Positions 23,796 to 37,785 of a DNA stretch of 64,000 nucleotides are shown piece after piece. This DNA comes from Camelus ferus (taxonomy: Eukaryota). Numbering within the stretch: the stretch's first letter is position 1; each line of letters starts with the position of its first letter. The stretch lies in contig NC_045696.1 of assembly GCF_009834535.1 (NCBI RefSeq), forward strand, positions 67,706,001 to 67,770,000. Direction: 5' to 3'. The notes below the pieces were generated by a model. It saw only the letters and a list, made by a program, of their open reading frames with translations. It searched no databases and was not told the DNA's origin. A program made the position numbers and the translations under genes.

Positions 23796-24309
23796 TTTGG
23801 ACAAAATTTTCTGTAATGAGCAAAAATGATTTCAATTTAGAAAGGAAACTCTCTAAGGTAACAGAAAGGAAGAAAATATACAAAAGCTGAAGCCTAACAT
23901 AGAAACAACAACATAAAACTCAAAGCCCCTTCACTGCATTTTGATTCCAGCTATTTATAAAGCCATGAAAATATGCTTAAGATGTTAAATGAAAATATAA
24001 ACGTTAAGTGAAAAACACAGAATGTGACATCAATCATATGCGCAATACAGTTGAGGCTACACAGAATGGTATTTCCATATGGACAAGGACTAGACAAACT
24101 ATGGAAAGAGAGATGATTGACTTGGTAGAAGGAAGCATTATGAATATTTCAACTTCAATTTTATTTTCATGACAATTGTTTTAAGTTACTTGAACAAGAC
24201 CTGATCGATCACCATTTGTCACCTGTAGTTATCTATTTTGTCTGTGTATCTTTGTGGCAGGAAAAACAAACTAAAATACCTACTGGTATCCAAAAAAAAA
24301 AAAAAAAGT

Positions 24310-24560
24310 ACGGTAATAGCAAACATTTATGCATCATTTACTTTGTGTAAACATTTTGTGTTCAACATAGTTTATATTTAATACTCACAAATACCCTTTA
24401 GATGGAAACTATTATCTATCCTCATTTTCCAGATGAAGATACTGAAGCATAGAGAAATTAAGTAATTGCCCAAGGTTACACAGCCAGCAGGCGGCAGATC
24501 CAGGATTCAATCCAGGTAGCCTACTTCTGCAGTTTGAAGTTTCAGAAACCATTCTACCTC
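24310..24560 (-). mobile_element. MIR SINE
   Basis: CTCATTTTCCAGATGAAGATACTGAAGCATAGAGAAATTAAGTAATTGCCCAAGGTTACACAGC...CAGGATTCAA. Confidence 0.85.
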
Positions 24561-26186
24561 ACTAAGGTAAAGACAAAGCGAAACAGACTACTTGTGATGG
24601 GGGAGAAAAAGTCCAACAAGAGGCCCTCGCAGTCTACGTGGGTTCAAGAAAATATTTTCTCCTAGAAGAAAAATAAAGGAGTAAATGGGGCAACAGACAG
24701 CCAGTGATACTCGGCATCATTATCTGGAAAACAATAGAGTGACGTAAACTGCATGAAACAAAAGTCATACTCTAAGGCGGCTGCTACTCTCTGCCAGCTG
24801 ATTACTGTGTGAAAAATTGATCCGATGTTCCTCTTCTGACTTTAAAGCTTTGCTCTTTTTTTTTTTTTTTTTTTTTGCAAACACCAGGAAGCCAAACGAA
24901 GGATGTCTGCCGGCCAGCTGTAGTGTATGAGGTGCTTTTAGCAACTTCCATTCTAAGTTAAGAACACTGACAAGTAGAAATAGCACCAGGGAGGATGATC
25001 AATTAAATTCAAGGGTCATGCGGTGGAACTCCGGGGTGGGGAAATCCAGCTTTGACACTGTTTAGAGCTGAGCGACACTGAAAACTTCACACTACTTCCC
25101 CAGACTGACTCCTCATCTGAACAAAAAGGAAGACCTAGGAGTACTGTTCTTTTCTCCTTCTCCTCTTTAAATGAGTAATCGTTTTTTCCCTCAAATAAGA
25201 GTCTTCCTATAACCCAGATTCTAAAAATGAAGAGCTTCACTGGATCAGGCACAGGACTGAGGAGAACACACCCATATATTTCTTGCTCTTTTAATACTCT
25301 TCCTCTACAACAGAAGACGTAATGGCATTCAGAATCCAGTGATTCCAAGAGTAAATTCTGAATATCTGCAATGAGTTTTAATGTCCAGAAAGAGCTTGAT
25401 CTCATCACTAAGGATTCACACCAGGATACACTTAACTTACAGTTGGATAAATGAATGGACACACTTGGTGTGTGGGTTTGTACAGTGTGAAAAAGTGAAA
25501 ATACGGCTTATCTATTTCAGTCATAATGCCATACATTATTTGCTACTTGGTTTTTGCTCAATAAAAATTCATCATTTTCTCCAAGTCCGTAACAGAGGAA
25601 TAACTTAATTTTGCTTTCTTGAGTTCGAACCCTCACTGATTATCTTGCATAATTCAGGATTTAATACACACAGCTCCATTCCTCACTCATTTGGGACACA
25701 CAGTGTCCACCTGATAGCTGACCCCACGAGCTAGGAAACAACCCCACAGACTAAGAGTACAATATAGGAATATACTACTACACATTTAAAGAAGTATTTT
25801 TTCAGTCTGACTGCACAACAAAAATCATTAAGGTCTTTTAAAATACAAAGTATCTTTCATTTAGAACTTCTTAGATACAAGTGATTTTAGACTTATCCAC
25901 TTGGAGAATGAAATATGGAAATGAAAAAGGGAAGAAACAAATGATTTTTTTTGTTGAAACCAGAATTAAGAACCACATTTTAGGTACTGTTGTTAAAGTA
26001 GAATAGGGACCCATAACTGGTTTGGGGGTTATGAGCGATGGGAGGGGTTTATCCCCATTGTCTTCAAAGGATAATGTTTATATAACTTAGACTTAGGCGC
26101 CAAGGTAATATTTGTTTCCATAAGCTTCTTATGGGCAACTTGTGGGTTAATTTGGTGATATGTAACAAAAGCCCTAACAAAGTCCA

Positions 26187-26321
26187 TTTTTTTTTTTTTT
26201 TTTTTTTTGGTGGAGGAGAGGTAATTAGGTCTATTTATTTTTAGAGGAGATACCAGAGATTGAACCCAGGACCTCACGCATGCTAACTTTGTGCTCTACC
26301 GCTTGAGCTACACCTGCCCCC
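26187..26321 (-). mobile_element. Camelid tRNA(Ala)-derived SINE (Vic-1-like)
   Basis: Reverse complement reads GGGGGCAGGTGTAGCTCAAGCGGTAGAGCAC...TTAGCATGCGTGAGGTCCTGGGTTCAATC...AAATAAATAGACCTAATTACCTC plus A22, with Pol III A and B boxes. Confidence 0.88.
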
Positions 26322-26329
26322 TCATACCT

Positions 26330-27070
26330 TTTATTTCTAGGAATTTAACCAAAGGAAATAACCACAGATGGTATAAATCTTTAGTTTCAAAAAATGTTCA
26401 TGGCAAAGTAAATTCATAAAAATAAAATATAAGCAATTTAAATAATCAATGCATGGGGGCTGCTAAATAAATGACAGTACACTCATATGACAGAATACTA
26501 CGCAACAAATAGAAACTATTATCATTAACATGTTTCAAAACATATCATCAGTCTAGCGATCCCACTTCTGGATATGTGCCCCAGAGAACCAAGGCAGGAA
26601 GGGGCTCTAACAAGCATCTGTACACTCGCGTTCACACAGCATTGTTCACAACGCCTGACAGATGAATGAATAAACAACCTACAGTACAAATACACAACGT
26701 TGTAATATTCAGCCTAAAATAAGAAATTCTGACACACGCTAAAGCACAGATGAACCACGAAAACATTATGCTAAGATGAATTAAGCCAGTTACAAAAGGA
26801 CATATACTGATTCTGATAATATAAGGTACTTAAGAGCAATCAGATAGATGAAGACAAAGCAGAATGTGGTTACCAAGGTGGTCAGGGGAGGGAGAGATGG
26901 GGAGTAGTTATTTGATAAATATAGATTTTCAGTTTGAGAAAATTAAAAAGGAAAGTTCTTGAGATGGATGGTGGTGATGATGGCACAATGAAGTGAATGT
27001 ACTTAATGTCACTTACATATATTTTTTTAAATGGTTAAGGTGGTGAATTTTGTTATATATATCTTACTTT
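26330..27070 (+). mobile_element. Old L1M fragments ending in an L1MB-like 3' UTR
   Basis: ATTTCTAGGAATTTA..C.AAGGAAATAA; CTAGCGATCCCACTTCTGG; GTTCTTGAGATGGATGGTGGTGATG.TGGCACAA...AAAATGGTTAAG.TGGTGAATTTT. Confidence 0.85.
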
Positions 27071-27072
27071 GC

Positions 27073-27108
27073 GAAGGAAGGAAGGAAGGAAGGAAGGAAG
27101 GAAGGAAG
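27073..27108. repeat. (GAAG)9 microsatellite at the L1 tail
   Basis: Nine perfect GAAG units read directly. Confidence 0.95.
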
Positions 27109-29129
27109 AGAAATAAAAATCAACAATTTTATGTATTTTAAATTCAGGTTAGGGAATATAATTTTATGTCTGTTAATCAATAAATGCATTCTATCTATAT
27201 CTCTCATACACACATACGTACTTACAGAGCTAGAAGGACTTATTCTCAAACTGATAATCATGGTTATTTTAAGGGTGTGACTTTGGAGTATATACTTTTC
27301 CTACTTTGCAAAGTGTCTAACACAGTCACGTATTACTTTTTTAATTGGAGAAAGACATATGTAATCTTCCTCTGATGTATGTATATATGCATACATACAC
27401 ATATGTAAATATATTTTTAAATAATGTATATAAAATAATAAATTATTTTTAAAAATTAATACATACCAAAAACAATATTGTAGCATCGTATCCCAATTTG
27501 TGTGTGTGTGTACATAGAAAAAAAGAAAGGGATATGGTAAAATGATTTAAAAATACTTTTAAAGGGTTAAAAATTACATCAACTGATACAATTAACAGAA
27601 ATTTTTGTTTTCATCTTCATATGTTTCTGTATTTTCTACATTAAAGAAAAAAGTTATCTCATGAATGGTAGATGAAAACAGAGGTTAAAATGATGTCAAA
27701 GATTACCTTTGAAATTAAAACCACAGGATTTTAATTGGTGCCACTGAGTTCAAAATACTGCTGCCAGCGCAAGGACACTACTATTACACTGATTTTCCAT
27801 TACTGATGGACATCTAAACTACACACATACATCTGACAAGCGCCCCAAAGAGTTCCTGCCAGAGAGGTGCAGACAAAGACTGTCTCCCTTCCGCGCAGCG
27901 TATCAGCACTCGTTCACTTCACAGTGCGGCGCTCCGCCAGTACCCACACCACCTAGCAAGGGGCATTCCTCATGCCCTCTGGAGACTGATGTTGTAAAAG
28001 CAGTGTGGCCTGGCGTAGTTCTCCAAAGCACTTTTTGTCTCACAAACTTCTCCACTTAATTAATGTTCACAACATTCTGAATGGAGGTAAGACACTTTGA
28101 AGACAAGTGGCTCCCGGGACTCCTGAAGTCGTGGATGCCAGTATGTCACCTTGTTTTCCCACAAATAAGATCAAGGCAATTGCGAGCACCAAGCTGCTGC
28201 CTTACATCCTCATTTCTTAATCCATAACTAGTAAACAGAGAACCAAGGATCCAGGTGGGGCTCTGCACCCATATGCTCATAAAGCTAGCATGCCATCATG
28301 TGAAAACCAAGAAAGCCAGTATCTGAAGGAGTGTTTTTTCCCTCAGTAACCATCCAATGAGATGGTATGTCAACAGTTTCGAACTGGGGAGGTACTCCGA
28401 GGCTCCCATTTATGTAAACACCCATACAGCCCAGAACACTTAGTCCCTAGCACGCATGAGGCTGGCACTGGATGAAATGCATTGTGAAGAGGGTTAATTC
28501 AACCTGAGTGTGTTCTATCACCTAGGGATGCAGTGACAAAGAAGCCTATTTCCACAGCAAGCGCCCTCACACTGAGCCATCCCCTCAAGGGCCAATGTAC
28601 TTTTCTACAGTCAGGCCAGGGGGTAGTTAAAAGCACCTGGAGATGAACCAACGACTCAGGAAATGATAAAACAGTCTCCGTGAGAACATGATAGTACAAG
28701 TGCCTTGTTACATGACTGGTAGCACTGGGAGTTGGAATAATCCTTTGGTGGGTGAACTGGCAATGATGAGCCATTAAAATGCCCATAACCTGTGTTGATT
28801 GTGTGTTTAAAAATAATATTAAAGAATGGTTGAGAAAAATCACAGTGCATTGATCTGATGGAATGTTATACAGCTGGTGAGCAACGGAGTATGTATCAGA
28901 AATAACAGCCTACAAAGTAAAGGAAAATAAGAGTGCATACGCATATGGATAAAACTTCTATAAACCAGGAACACATTACGATTAGTAGGTATTTCGAAGC
29001 ATTGTGTATGGTAATATGATTGGCCGTTATAAACATGGCCATACTATTTTTTCTCCCCTTGGTATTGTAAAGGTTGTCGATTCTGTCTCCTAATTACCTT
29101 TAATCTTCTTAGTCTCACTGTCAACTTAT

Positions 29130-29745
29130 TAAAACCCTAGTTCTGTCCACTATCATTAGTGCCTTAGTTTACTGCAATATATATAGAGAGAGGGAGAGCA
29201 CACACATACACATATGTTGATATACGTTATTTTTAATGACCTCTTACTGTTCACCAGTAAATTCTCTATGCGGCAATGAGAATATTTCTAAAGCCCAACT
29301 CAATCTTTTATTAAAATCTCCCAAAGGTTCTCATTGCTCTTAGGATGAAGTTCAAATATTTTTCCTGATAGAACCATCACTTCGCCTTCTAGCCTCCTCT
29401 CTTCCTTCCCTCCCCTGAGACACTGCGCCCCAGTCTTCCTGCAGTTACCCGACATGAACACTTTTCAACATGCTCCGTCTCCTGACTCCTAACTAATACA
29501 CAGCCTTCAGGTTTCAAAGCCAGCCCCAAGTCTCCTTGTCTAGGTACAGTGTCCATCATTGTGTTCCCTTAAGAGACTGTCCTTCTCTTGTGATAACTCC
29601 TGTCTACTGTTTTGCAATTCCTTCTTTAATGTTCTCATCCCCTCTAAGCTTCATACGCGCAAAGACTTTGTCTTTCTCGTCCAAAACGATATCCTTAGTG
29701 TTCAGCAAACATATACACCATGTGTATTATTCAATGAATAAAATT
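29130..29745 (+). mobile_element. Degraded L2
   Basis: CTCATTGCTCTTAGGATGAAGTTCAAA, CAGCCTTCAGGTTTCA, CTCTAAGCTTCAT, terminal TTCAATGAATAAA. Confidence 0.6.
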
Positions 29746-32700
29746 ATCTCAATAATGCATTATTGATAAATTCTATGAGAGATAGTTAATAAAATGAAAC
29801 ATGAAGGGCAGCAATTGGCTAAATAATACCTGTTTCACATTTTCTATTCTTCCACCAACTTTGTGAAGCCAAACCCTTAGCTATTTATCCAAGAAGTGTT
29901 TAAGTATGATAGAGGATTTTGTAACTCAATTCAATTTTTAAAAATATTCTGAGTTCATTTATGCATTTCAGGTTTCATAGCTGTAGGTAACAGGAAATGT
30001 GGTGAGCCTGGTTCAGTAGTTTTTGGTTATAATTTACTAACATAATAGAACCAACCATGCCATTCCAGTCTATTATTGCTTCTCAGAAGCCAGTAAAAGA
30101 CAAAAAAAAGATGAATAAAAGGGTAAGAACCCTTCTCTCAGGAAACCCCCAAGTCCTATAAGGGTTTCTCATTGTGAAAATTTGCCTGTTAAGGGTGGAA
30201 GTTAAAACGTGGCCACTTTTGAGACAGTCTGAAAAGAGTGATCTCAGGCACAAAGGAAATACTGAGAAGGAAGAAATAAAGTTGACTTATTTGTACATCA
30301 TTAAAATATGCATTATTCTTTAGAGAATCACAGAGTATTAGAATTTGAAGGAATCTGAAGGTTATAAATGTCTACTATCTCCTCAAGGAAACTAGACTTA
30401 GGAAAGATTTGGCAAAGGTGATACAGCCTTGACAGGTCAGCATCAGAACCCAGTTCTCCAAGACCACCGTTGGCACTCGGACGGCAGCGTTCCTGCCATC
30501 ACATCAGAAATGACCTGACTTAGCAACAAGCCTACAGAAAGGCAACAAACCCAGTTTTGTTTAACAAAAGTGAACCTCAGTTTACAGACATTGGGCAGCA
30601 CGGCACGGAAATCACCCACAAGGCTCAGTGGGGACAGGTTGGGTTGCTGTGTTTTCATACAGGAGTTTCCAAAATAGTAGTGGGACTCGGCGAGGGAAGC
30701 CACCAGTGTGAGCATGTGGCTATATTTGCTTCAGGGGAAACAAACAGACCTTCGTTCACATATGTCCAAAGGAATCTGGGTGACCGAAAGCGCAGCAAAA
30801 AAAGGACTAGGTGGTGTGCTACAGTCCTCGGAGAACACAGCGAGCCGAACTTGCGAAGATGACCAAATCTGTCAAATAAAACGCTGGAAGGGCAGCATAT
30901 TTAGAGCATGTTAAGCTCAGAGCACAGCCACTAGACATCTGCTCAGTTACTTTTTTTTATTTTTGCAGAAAATATGCTCATTTTTAAATGATCACTAGAT
31001 TATTATGAGTCAAACATACATCATCCGCATCATACATTGTATGGGAAAATGAAGTTTCTCTTCTCCTAACATATTTGTTCTCAGAAATGGAGGCTGTTTG
31101 TCCACTTATTGTAGACGTATAAAAGGGCTGAATCACACAAGGGTATAATTTTTAAGGAGAAAGCACTTTTGCCACAGAGTAGGAGACGGGGTAGAAAATG
31201 TTTTCATAAAAAGCGACTATTAGGGACAAATAAGAGCTCTATTCACCAAACCTGTATATATCCCTTTATCCTTGTAAAACAAGCTATGAAAGCACATAAT
31301 GACTAACTGCAGCAAAATTACTCACATTCCAACTTTGCATAATCGCTAAAATGGTTCTGGTTTTTTAACCCTCCCCCTTCAACAATTCTGCACTCTTAAA
31401 AAAATTTTTTTTTTCAACCACAGCACAAATGGTTATAGCAAATGAGTGTACCAGGCACATCTGCTGTTCCAGAAAGAATTCACTCTCCTGTGCCAAATCC
31501 ACGTCTAACGGAAGACATAAAAATAAATTGCAAGCAGGTTCAGCAAATGCCCAGATAAATCCTGCAGTGACCACATGGGGTAGATTCATTTCTGGTAGTT
31601 GGTGTGGCCTGAAAAGGGCGAGGCAATGGAGGAGTTGAGCTGGAAGCAAAGGTCTCTCTCACGCCTGTCTTTGTCACTCAATCACAGAGTACACAGTTAA
31701 GGTAGCTCCCTTCTCACTTTCTCTGGGCAATGACTTAGGTAATAGGGTTGAGCTTATAACCTCAGAAGTGAAGGGAAATTGGCACAGTGTTTTGCAACCT
31801 ATGGAGGGTCTTCTTAAAAACACCAATGACAACAGGGACAGTAGTCCTAGTGCAATTGGTCCCCAAATACCCCTTGCTATTTTGTCCATGTATATTTGTG
31901 AAAGCTTTGCAGACAGAGTCCATTTGATGTTTTTGATCATGTAGTGCACTACATGTGTTGGAATCTGAAGTAGTTGAGAATTCATGGGTTTTTTTTCTTT
32001 TCTAGTAAGACACTATCAGCTGGAAATTTGAGGATAGCTTACGGGAGAGACACCATTATTTTGACTACGGCCCACGGTGGCCACGCTTTATGGAAAAGCA
32101 AGAGAATGGTGGCTAGGCCACGATCAGGGAATGAGCACCACCACTGAAATCCTTCAACAGTTGAAATCCTACACAAGGCTGACCATTCAAACACTTGGGG
32201 GCTCATTTCTCCAGTGGAACTTCCTTCTGAAGGTAAAATGAAGAGTTATTTTATCCGTTTTTCTTTCTTTTTAGAAATACAAAGTAGAAAACAGTAACAA
32301 CATCAAAGATAAATATTCTTCAGGACCCAAATTTAAATTGGGACAACAAGATCTGAAAGCTCTGGGTTAAACAATTCCACTTAATTTTGTTCTTTGGGTC
32401 TCAATTTCCTCTTTCTAAGATAAAGGGCTTTGAATGGAAGAATTCAAAGACCTCTGGTAGCGCAGAACATCCCAGGACTGCCTTTGATCCTGTGAACTCT
32501 GATACCCAAGGTCCTCTGGAATGGCATATAAACTGAGACACTTTTCATTCTGATACTGCTTGCAAGATTCATTTTGATACATCTCAAGATCCATATATGT
32601 TACAGAATGCTTAGCCCCTTTTGTTATAAAGTTACAAGAAAATAAAAGGACATAAACTTGTACATATAGCATGATTTTAATCCAATATTTGAATAAGAAA

Positions 32701-33633
32701 AACAAAAATGACTGAGTGGTTATTATTAAGAATATAGGTATTATTTTCCCCCTTCATTTTCTTTTATAAAATAAACTTGTATACTTATATTTAAAATACA
32801 ATAGCTTTATTTACAAAGAATCGTAACTCCAAATATCTTTTCCTTTTAAAGAACATACTGAATCACCAAGTCATCCAAAAGCAAAGAAATATGATATTAG
32901 TTGCCTCTGAATATATGACTTTAGAATTTTTTCTTGACAAATGGTGTCATTCATATAGTCATCAACCATTAACTGACCACCTTCTAAATACCAGGGATTT
33001 TGCCAACTGCTAGGTAACAAGTTATGGTTCCTGGTCTTAATGAATTCAACTATAGTTGGGGGAAACATGCAGAAAATCAGTGGAAACTTCTCAGATTCCC
33101 AAAAGTCTGACAAACTCTACTTGGAAGACATTACTCTACTGCAACCCATTCATTCTTTAAACATAGAGCTGAGTTCTAGCCAGCCAAAAGGCACACTGTC
33201 TTCAGAGACCAAGGGCCAGGGTCCTCCACTCTGCTCTGAAACTATTGAAAGACGTTAGGTGAGTGGTTGTCTTCTCCATTCCTCAGCTCCATCCCCCTCC
33301 AGATGCTGGCTAAGAAATGCTTCCTTTTTTGAACATCACAGAAGCAGCTGAATTCTAGCATCTCACCCTAGTCTGTTATTCCTCTGATATAGTATGTATC
33401 TCAGATAAATGCCATCATCTTAGGTAATTTAAGCATTCTTTAGCTGGAATTGTGCAAATGATGTAATTTGAGAGTAGGGACCGTGTTCTACTGCTCATCT
33501 ATTCATCCTTTCGTAACATTTAGAACAAGGTAGCATGAAGATTAAATCACAAAAGGCTATCAAAATATCGTTGAGGAATTAATGCATTAATGAATAAATA
33601 TATTCAAGTATGAAGTCATCCCCTATTTTCTTT

Positions 33634-33635
<2 letters not shown>

Positions 33636-33666
<31 letters not shown>
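33636..33666. repeat. (TG)15 microsatellite
   Basis: Perfect dinucleotide run read directly. Confidence 0.95.
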
Positions 33667-33667
<1 letters not shown>

Positions 33668-34218
33668 TGCTCTTGTGAGTTCTGGGCACCAACTACATCA
33701 CTATTTGGTGAGAAAAAGGGAAAATTACAAAAATAAAAAGGGAAAAATTACTACAAATGATCCCAGGCATTAGAGATGTAATCTATAAAGCTTTTCATTT
33801 TATTGGTAGGTTTCTTCACTCAACACCTGTGCAGCTAAAAAGAAAAGCAGTAAAACATACAATTTCCCAAAAATAATCTTCATAGATGGCAGGCAGCGGA
33901 ACTATTCAGTAAGTTATTTTATTATTATAAGGATACAATTCAACTTTGATTATATTTATTTCCATGACTCTCCATGATTTCTTAGCGATGGTTGAACAAA
34001 ATGATATCATTCACTGTTTCTTTGAGTTGTGAGTGGCAGTGTTAGGCAAGCCCTCATTAAGTTCCAGTTTCTTCATCAAAACAGTAATACTCATTGTAGA
34101 AAACAGGGGAAATAAGAACAAGATTAATAAAGAAAATGGAAAACACTCATAATTCAAAACCTTAATAATAACTGTTAAGTTTCAGTAAATTTCCAAGCTT
34201 TTTTCCCCTATGCATTTA

Positions 34219-34286
34219 TGTGTGTGTGTGTGTGTGTGTCTGAGTATGTTTGTGTATATGTGTGCACGTGTGCATATATATGTGTG
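34219..34286. repeat. (TG)10 followed by an alternating purine/pyrimidine tract
   Basis: TG run followed by GTATATGTGTGCACGTGTGCATATATATGTGTG. Confidence 0.85.
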
Positions 34287-37200
34287 GTTGGTATGAGTGT
34301 TGGTGCTTAAATGTGAATGCTTTTTTTATATATATCTTACTTTTTCTTTTAACATATCATAGATAATAAATTTTAAAATTCTGCAAAAAAGCTATTTAAA
34401 TGTGGCAACCAAGTAGTCAATCTGCTTTAACAGATATGAACATTCAAACACAGTAACTTACCAATTAGCATATATATTTAATTGTAAAACCAAGACCAGG
34501 ATGGAAAGCACTAAGATTTTCCCACTGTCCTGAATGATGCTGTATTTTCTTCACAAAGAAGTTTGTTTCTGATAACAAAGATCTGAGGAGGTGCAGTGGT
34601 TTATCAAAACTCCAAGCAAGCACTTCTACCAAAATGTCAACCCCCCACCTACTCACTTCTCATGTATATCAGATGATCTTCTTTCAATCAGCCACACTAG
34701 ACACATGCAATTCAGACCCACACCAAATACCTCAATGTTAAACCCTCTGATACTGAATTCCAAAACTCTCCTTGTCTCAAGACACTTGATATTTGAGATG
34801 GAGCATCTAAGAGCATTCAGGTATTATTACTGTTACTATCATTATTACCATTATGAGTATCACATTCCTTCTATTTCCAAAACAGGTAGATTGTTAGGAA
34901 GCCAAAAGTAGAAGGACAGGACCAGGGCTGTGTTGAAGAATTCTTAATCTGGAAGCCATATTTTATAAAGGGCATAAAGGAGGCCAGATGAGGAGTTATG
35001 GCAATAATCCAGGCAAGAAATGGTGAGGCCCTAATGAGAGACAAAGCTCAAAGGAAAAAGGCTCCCGGAGCATTAACTGGAGAGCTTACACCTGTACACA
35101 TTCTGTCCCAGCAGATCTTTTTTTTAGAATCTTTTATTTTGTACAATGCTATTTCCAAATATGAATAGGTGCACAGCAAATGAGATCCAATGGTGTGGCC
35201 AATTTAATGGAAACCAAGAAAATATGCTTGAAAACAATCATTGTTCAGATACCTAGGGTGTCAGAACACAGAGAAATGGAATCATGGAATCATGCTGTTA
35301 AAAGTGAAGGCTTCAATTCTGGTAGTCAGAATCAAGTGGTGTTATTCCCATCAAGTAGTCTATGGTCCCATTAAGAGAGAGGGTGATTTCTTTCTCTTGG
35401 GAAATTCAAGGATTACAGTAGTCATGCATGTGTCTGAACAGAAGGGTTAGACAATTTAGTGGGGAAGCACAATACATGTGTCCAAGTGACCTGAATGATT
35501 TACCTTCTGGCCAAAATCCAAAGATATAATCTGGCCTCTGATTCGACGAGTTATCATCTGGTTGTGGAGATTCCTATGTAAACCCTTGGAGGAAGGAGAA
35601 AATAAACAAAAAACAGCGAACCCCCCTCCCCCAATTATACAGTATCTATTTCACATACTTAGTAGATTTCATCTAAATAGTTTAACTAAAATTGGGATTT
35701 GGAGTTAGAAAAACCTGATCAGCTTGGCTTTGTTAAATAAAGCAGTAAACGGACTGTTTTCCAGTGGTGTCACATCTCACAGATGAAAGGTCTCAGAGGT
35801 CACAGGCCATTTACACAGAACTCAGTCCCAGGGATCTAGCAACACTGAGTGCTCTGCTACGATGCAGCTTTGGTTAAAGCTGCCGAATGCCCCACCACCC
35901 CTAGGAGTGCTCCCCAGTCAGAAACTAGGTGCCAATTACCCATTTATCTCATTGCTTACAGTGTAGTCTTTCCTCTAATAAAAGTGAAATATTTCTTTTG
36001 TAATAACTTGTCTACTTAAAAAATGGAAAAAAAATATTTGCTTTAAGAAATACGGAAGAAAATGTAAATTATTCTTAGGTGCACTCTACGGAAACAAGAA
36101 GCATCTGTAAAGAGTAAACCTAAACTAACATACCACTATGAAATAAGCCATACTGTTTGGTCTGCTTCGATCACTTACTTGGATCTATGATATTGAAATG
36201 ACTGCCCTAGAATAAATGAACTATCACTGAGCACTGCGGAACCATAATGGTTATTTAAATCTATGTAAAAGAGTGCTGTGCGATGTAATAGAAACAAGAA
36301 AAGACATGCAAACACTGCTGCAAAAACAAACAATGCAAAAGAAAGTGGAAACAAAAATAAAATCAAGCAAAAATGATGCAAATACTAAAACCTTCATATT
36401 TTTAAATGGAGTTATACAAGTAATGCATTTCATGTCTTTAATTCAAAATCTGTTATTTTTAATAAAGTCTACCGTCTTTGAAAAGTCTAATAATAAAATA
36501 TTTCCCAATAGAACTGACAAAACTAACCTGTTTAATGATTGTATGATTTGTTTTTAAAATATAATCAAGAGCTTTAATGTATAAAGATTAAACTATTTTA
36601 AGCTTCACAAGCTTTCAGCAGTAAAGAAATAATGCAACATAATTTTTATCGTGGAATATAGTGTTAAAATATTATTTCCAAATATAATATTTTTAAAGAC
36701 ATAACGGAGTTATGTTAAAGACATTAATTAGAGTTTCCAGAATGTAACTATTGGTTTATAACCCATATGAACATTGCAAGAAAAAAAATTGCAAAAAAAA
36801 AAAACACAGCCCTCAGAGTTTCTTGTAGTCTTCAAAAATACAGTACACATGTGCATTGACTGTATATATTTAAATATTATACCTAGTTATCAATTGATAA
36901 AGAATGTCATTTATACAATAGAAGTAACAAATTTGCTTTCATTTTCCTTTAATAAGGAATTCGTCATTCTTTTGCGAAACTACCAAGAGCTAAATGAAGG
37001 AAGGAAACACAAGAGGAACTCGCGTATTGCTTAAATGGACTAAAAGTGTCTATTTTTGTTCCTCCTAATTTTCTGACCTTTGTCAATGCCCAGAAGTGAT
37101 CGGATTAATGGAAAAATAAGAGAATACATCATGTACATTCAAAAGTGTTTCAAATAAAATGTAAAGAAAAGCACTCTTTGCTAATAGGCACAGCAGATCA

Positions 37201-37589
37201 CAAGGCAGCGGGCTCTTTGGAGGAGGGAGAAATTCATCACATGAGTTCCCTGGATTCAAGCAGTTCACATACCAGGAAGAGAGACAAAATAACACTAGTA
37301 AATGCCAACAGCATTAGAGTTGAGAATGTTAAGAAACAGAAGAGAAGTTATTAAGATTTCAGATGGATTAGTCCCAAACTGGCAGGCAGAGAGGGGCTCT
37401 CTGAGCTATCTCATGGGGTGGGCAGAATTAGAACATGAAGATGGCTTCACCTTATGCATTTGCACGCACCTGCCTTGCAGGAGGAGCGTGGATTCTGTTT
37501 CAACCAAAAGATGTGAGCAGAAGCACAGACAAAAGGATAGGGCACACAGAAGGAGCAATCAAGTGCGGCAGGAATTTAATAACAGCTCA

Positions 37590-37785
37590 GACATCCTATG
37601 AGCCAGTCCTTTTCTAGGCGCTTTCCATTCAATGGAGGAAGGGTCTCTTATTCCCACTTTATAGATGAGGAAACTGAGGTCTAGTGAGCTTAAGCAATTT
37701 GTCCAAGGTCACAGAATAATCTAACATTGGTGTCTGAACCTGCACTTTGTGGTTCCAAAGTTGTTCTGTTAGCCACTTCTACACT
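37590..37785 (-). mobile_element. MIR SINE
   Basis: ATTCCCACTTTATAGATGAGGAAACTGAGGTCTAGTGAG.TTAAGCAATTTGTCCAAGGTCACA. Confidence 0.85.
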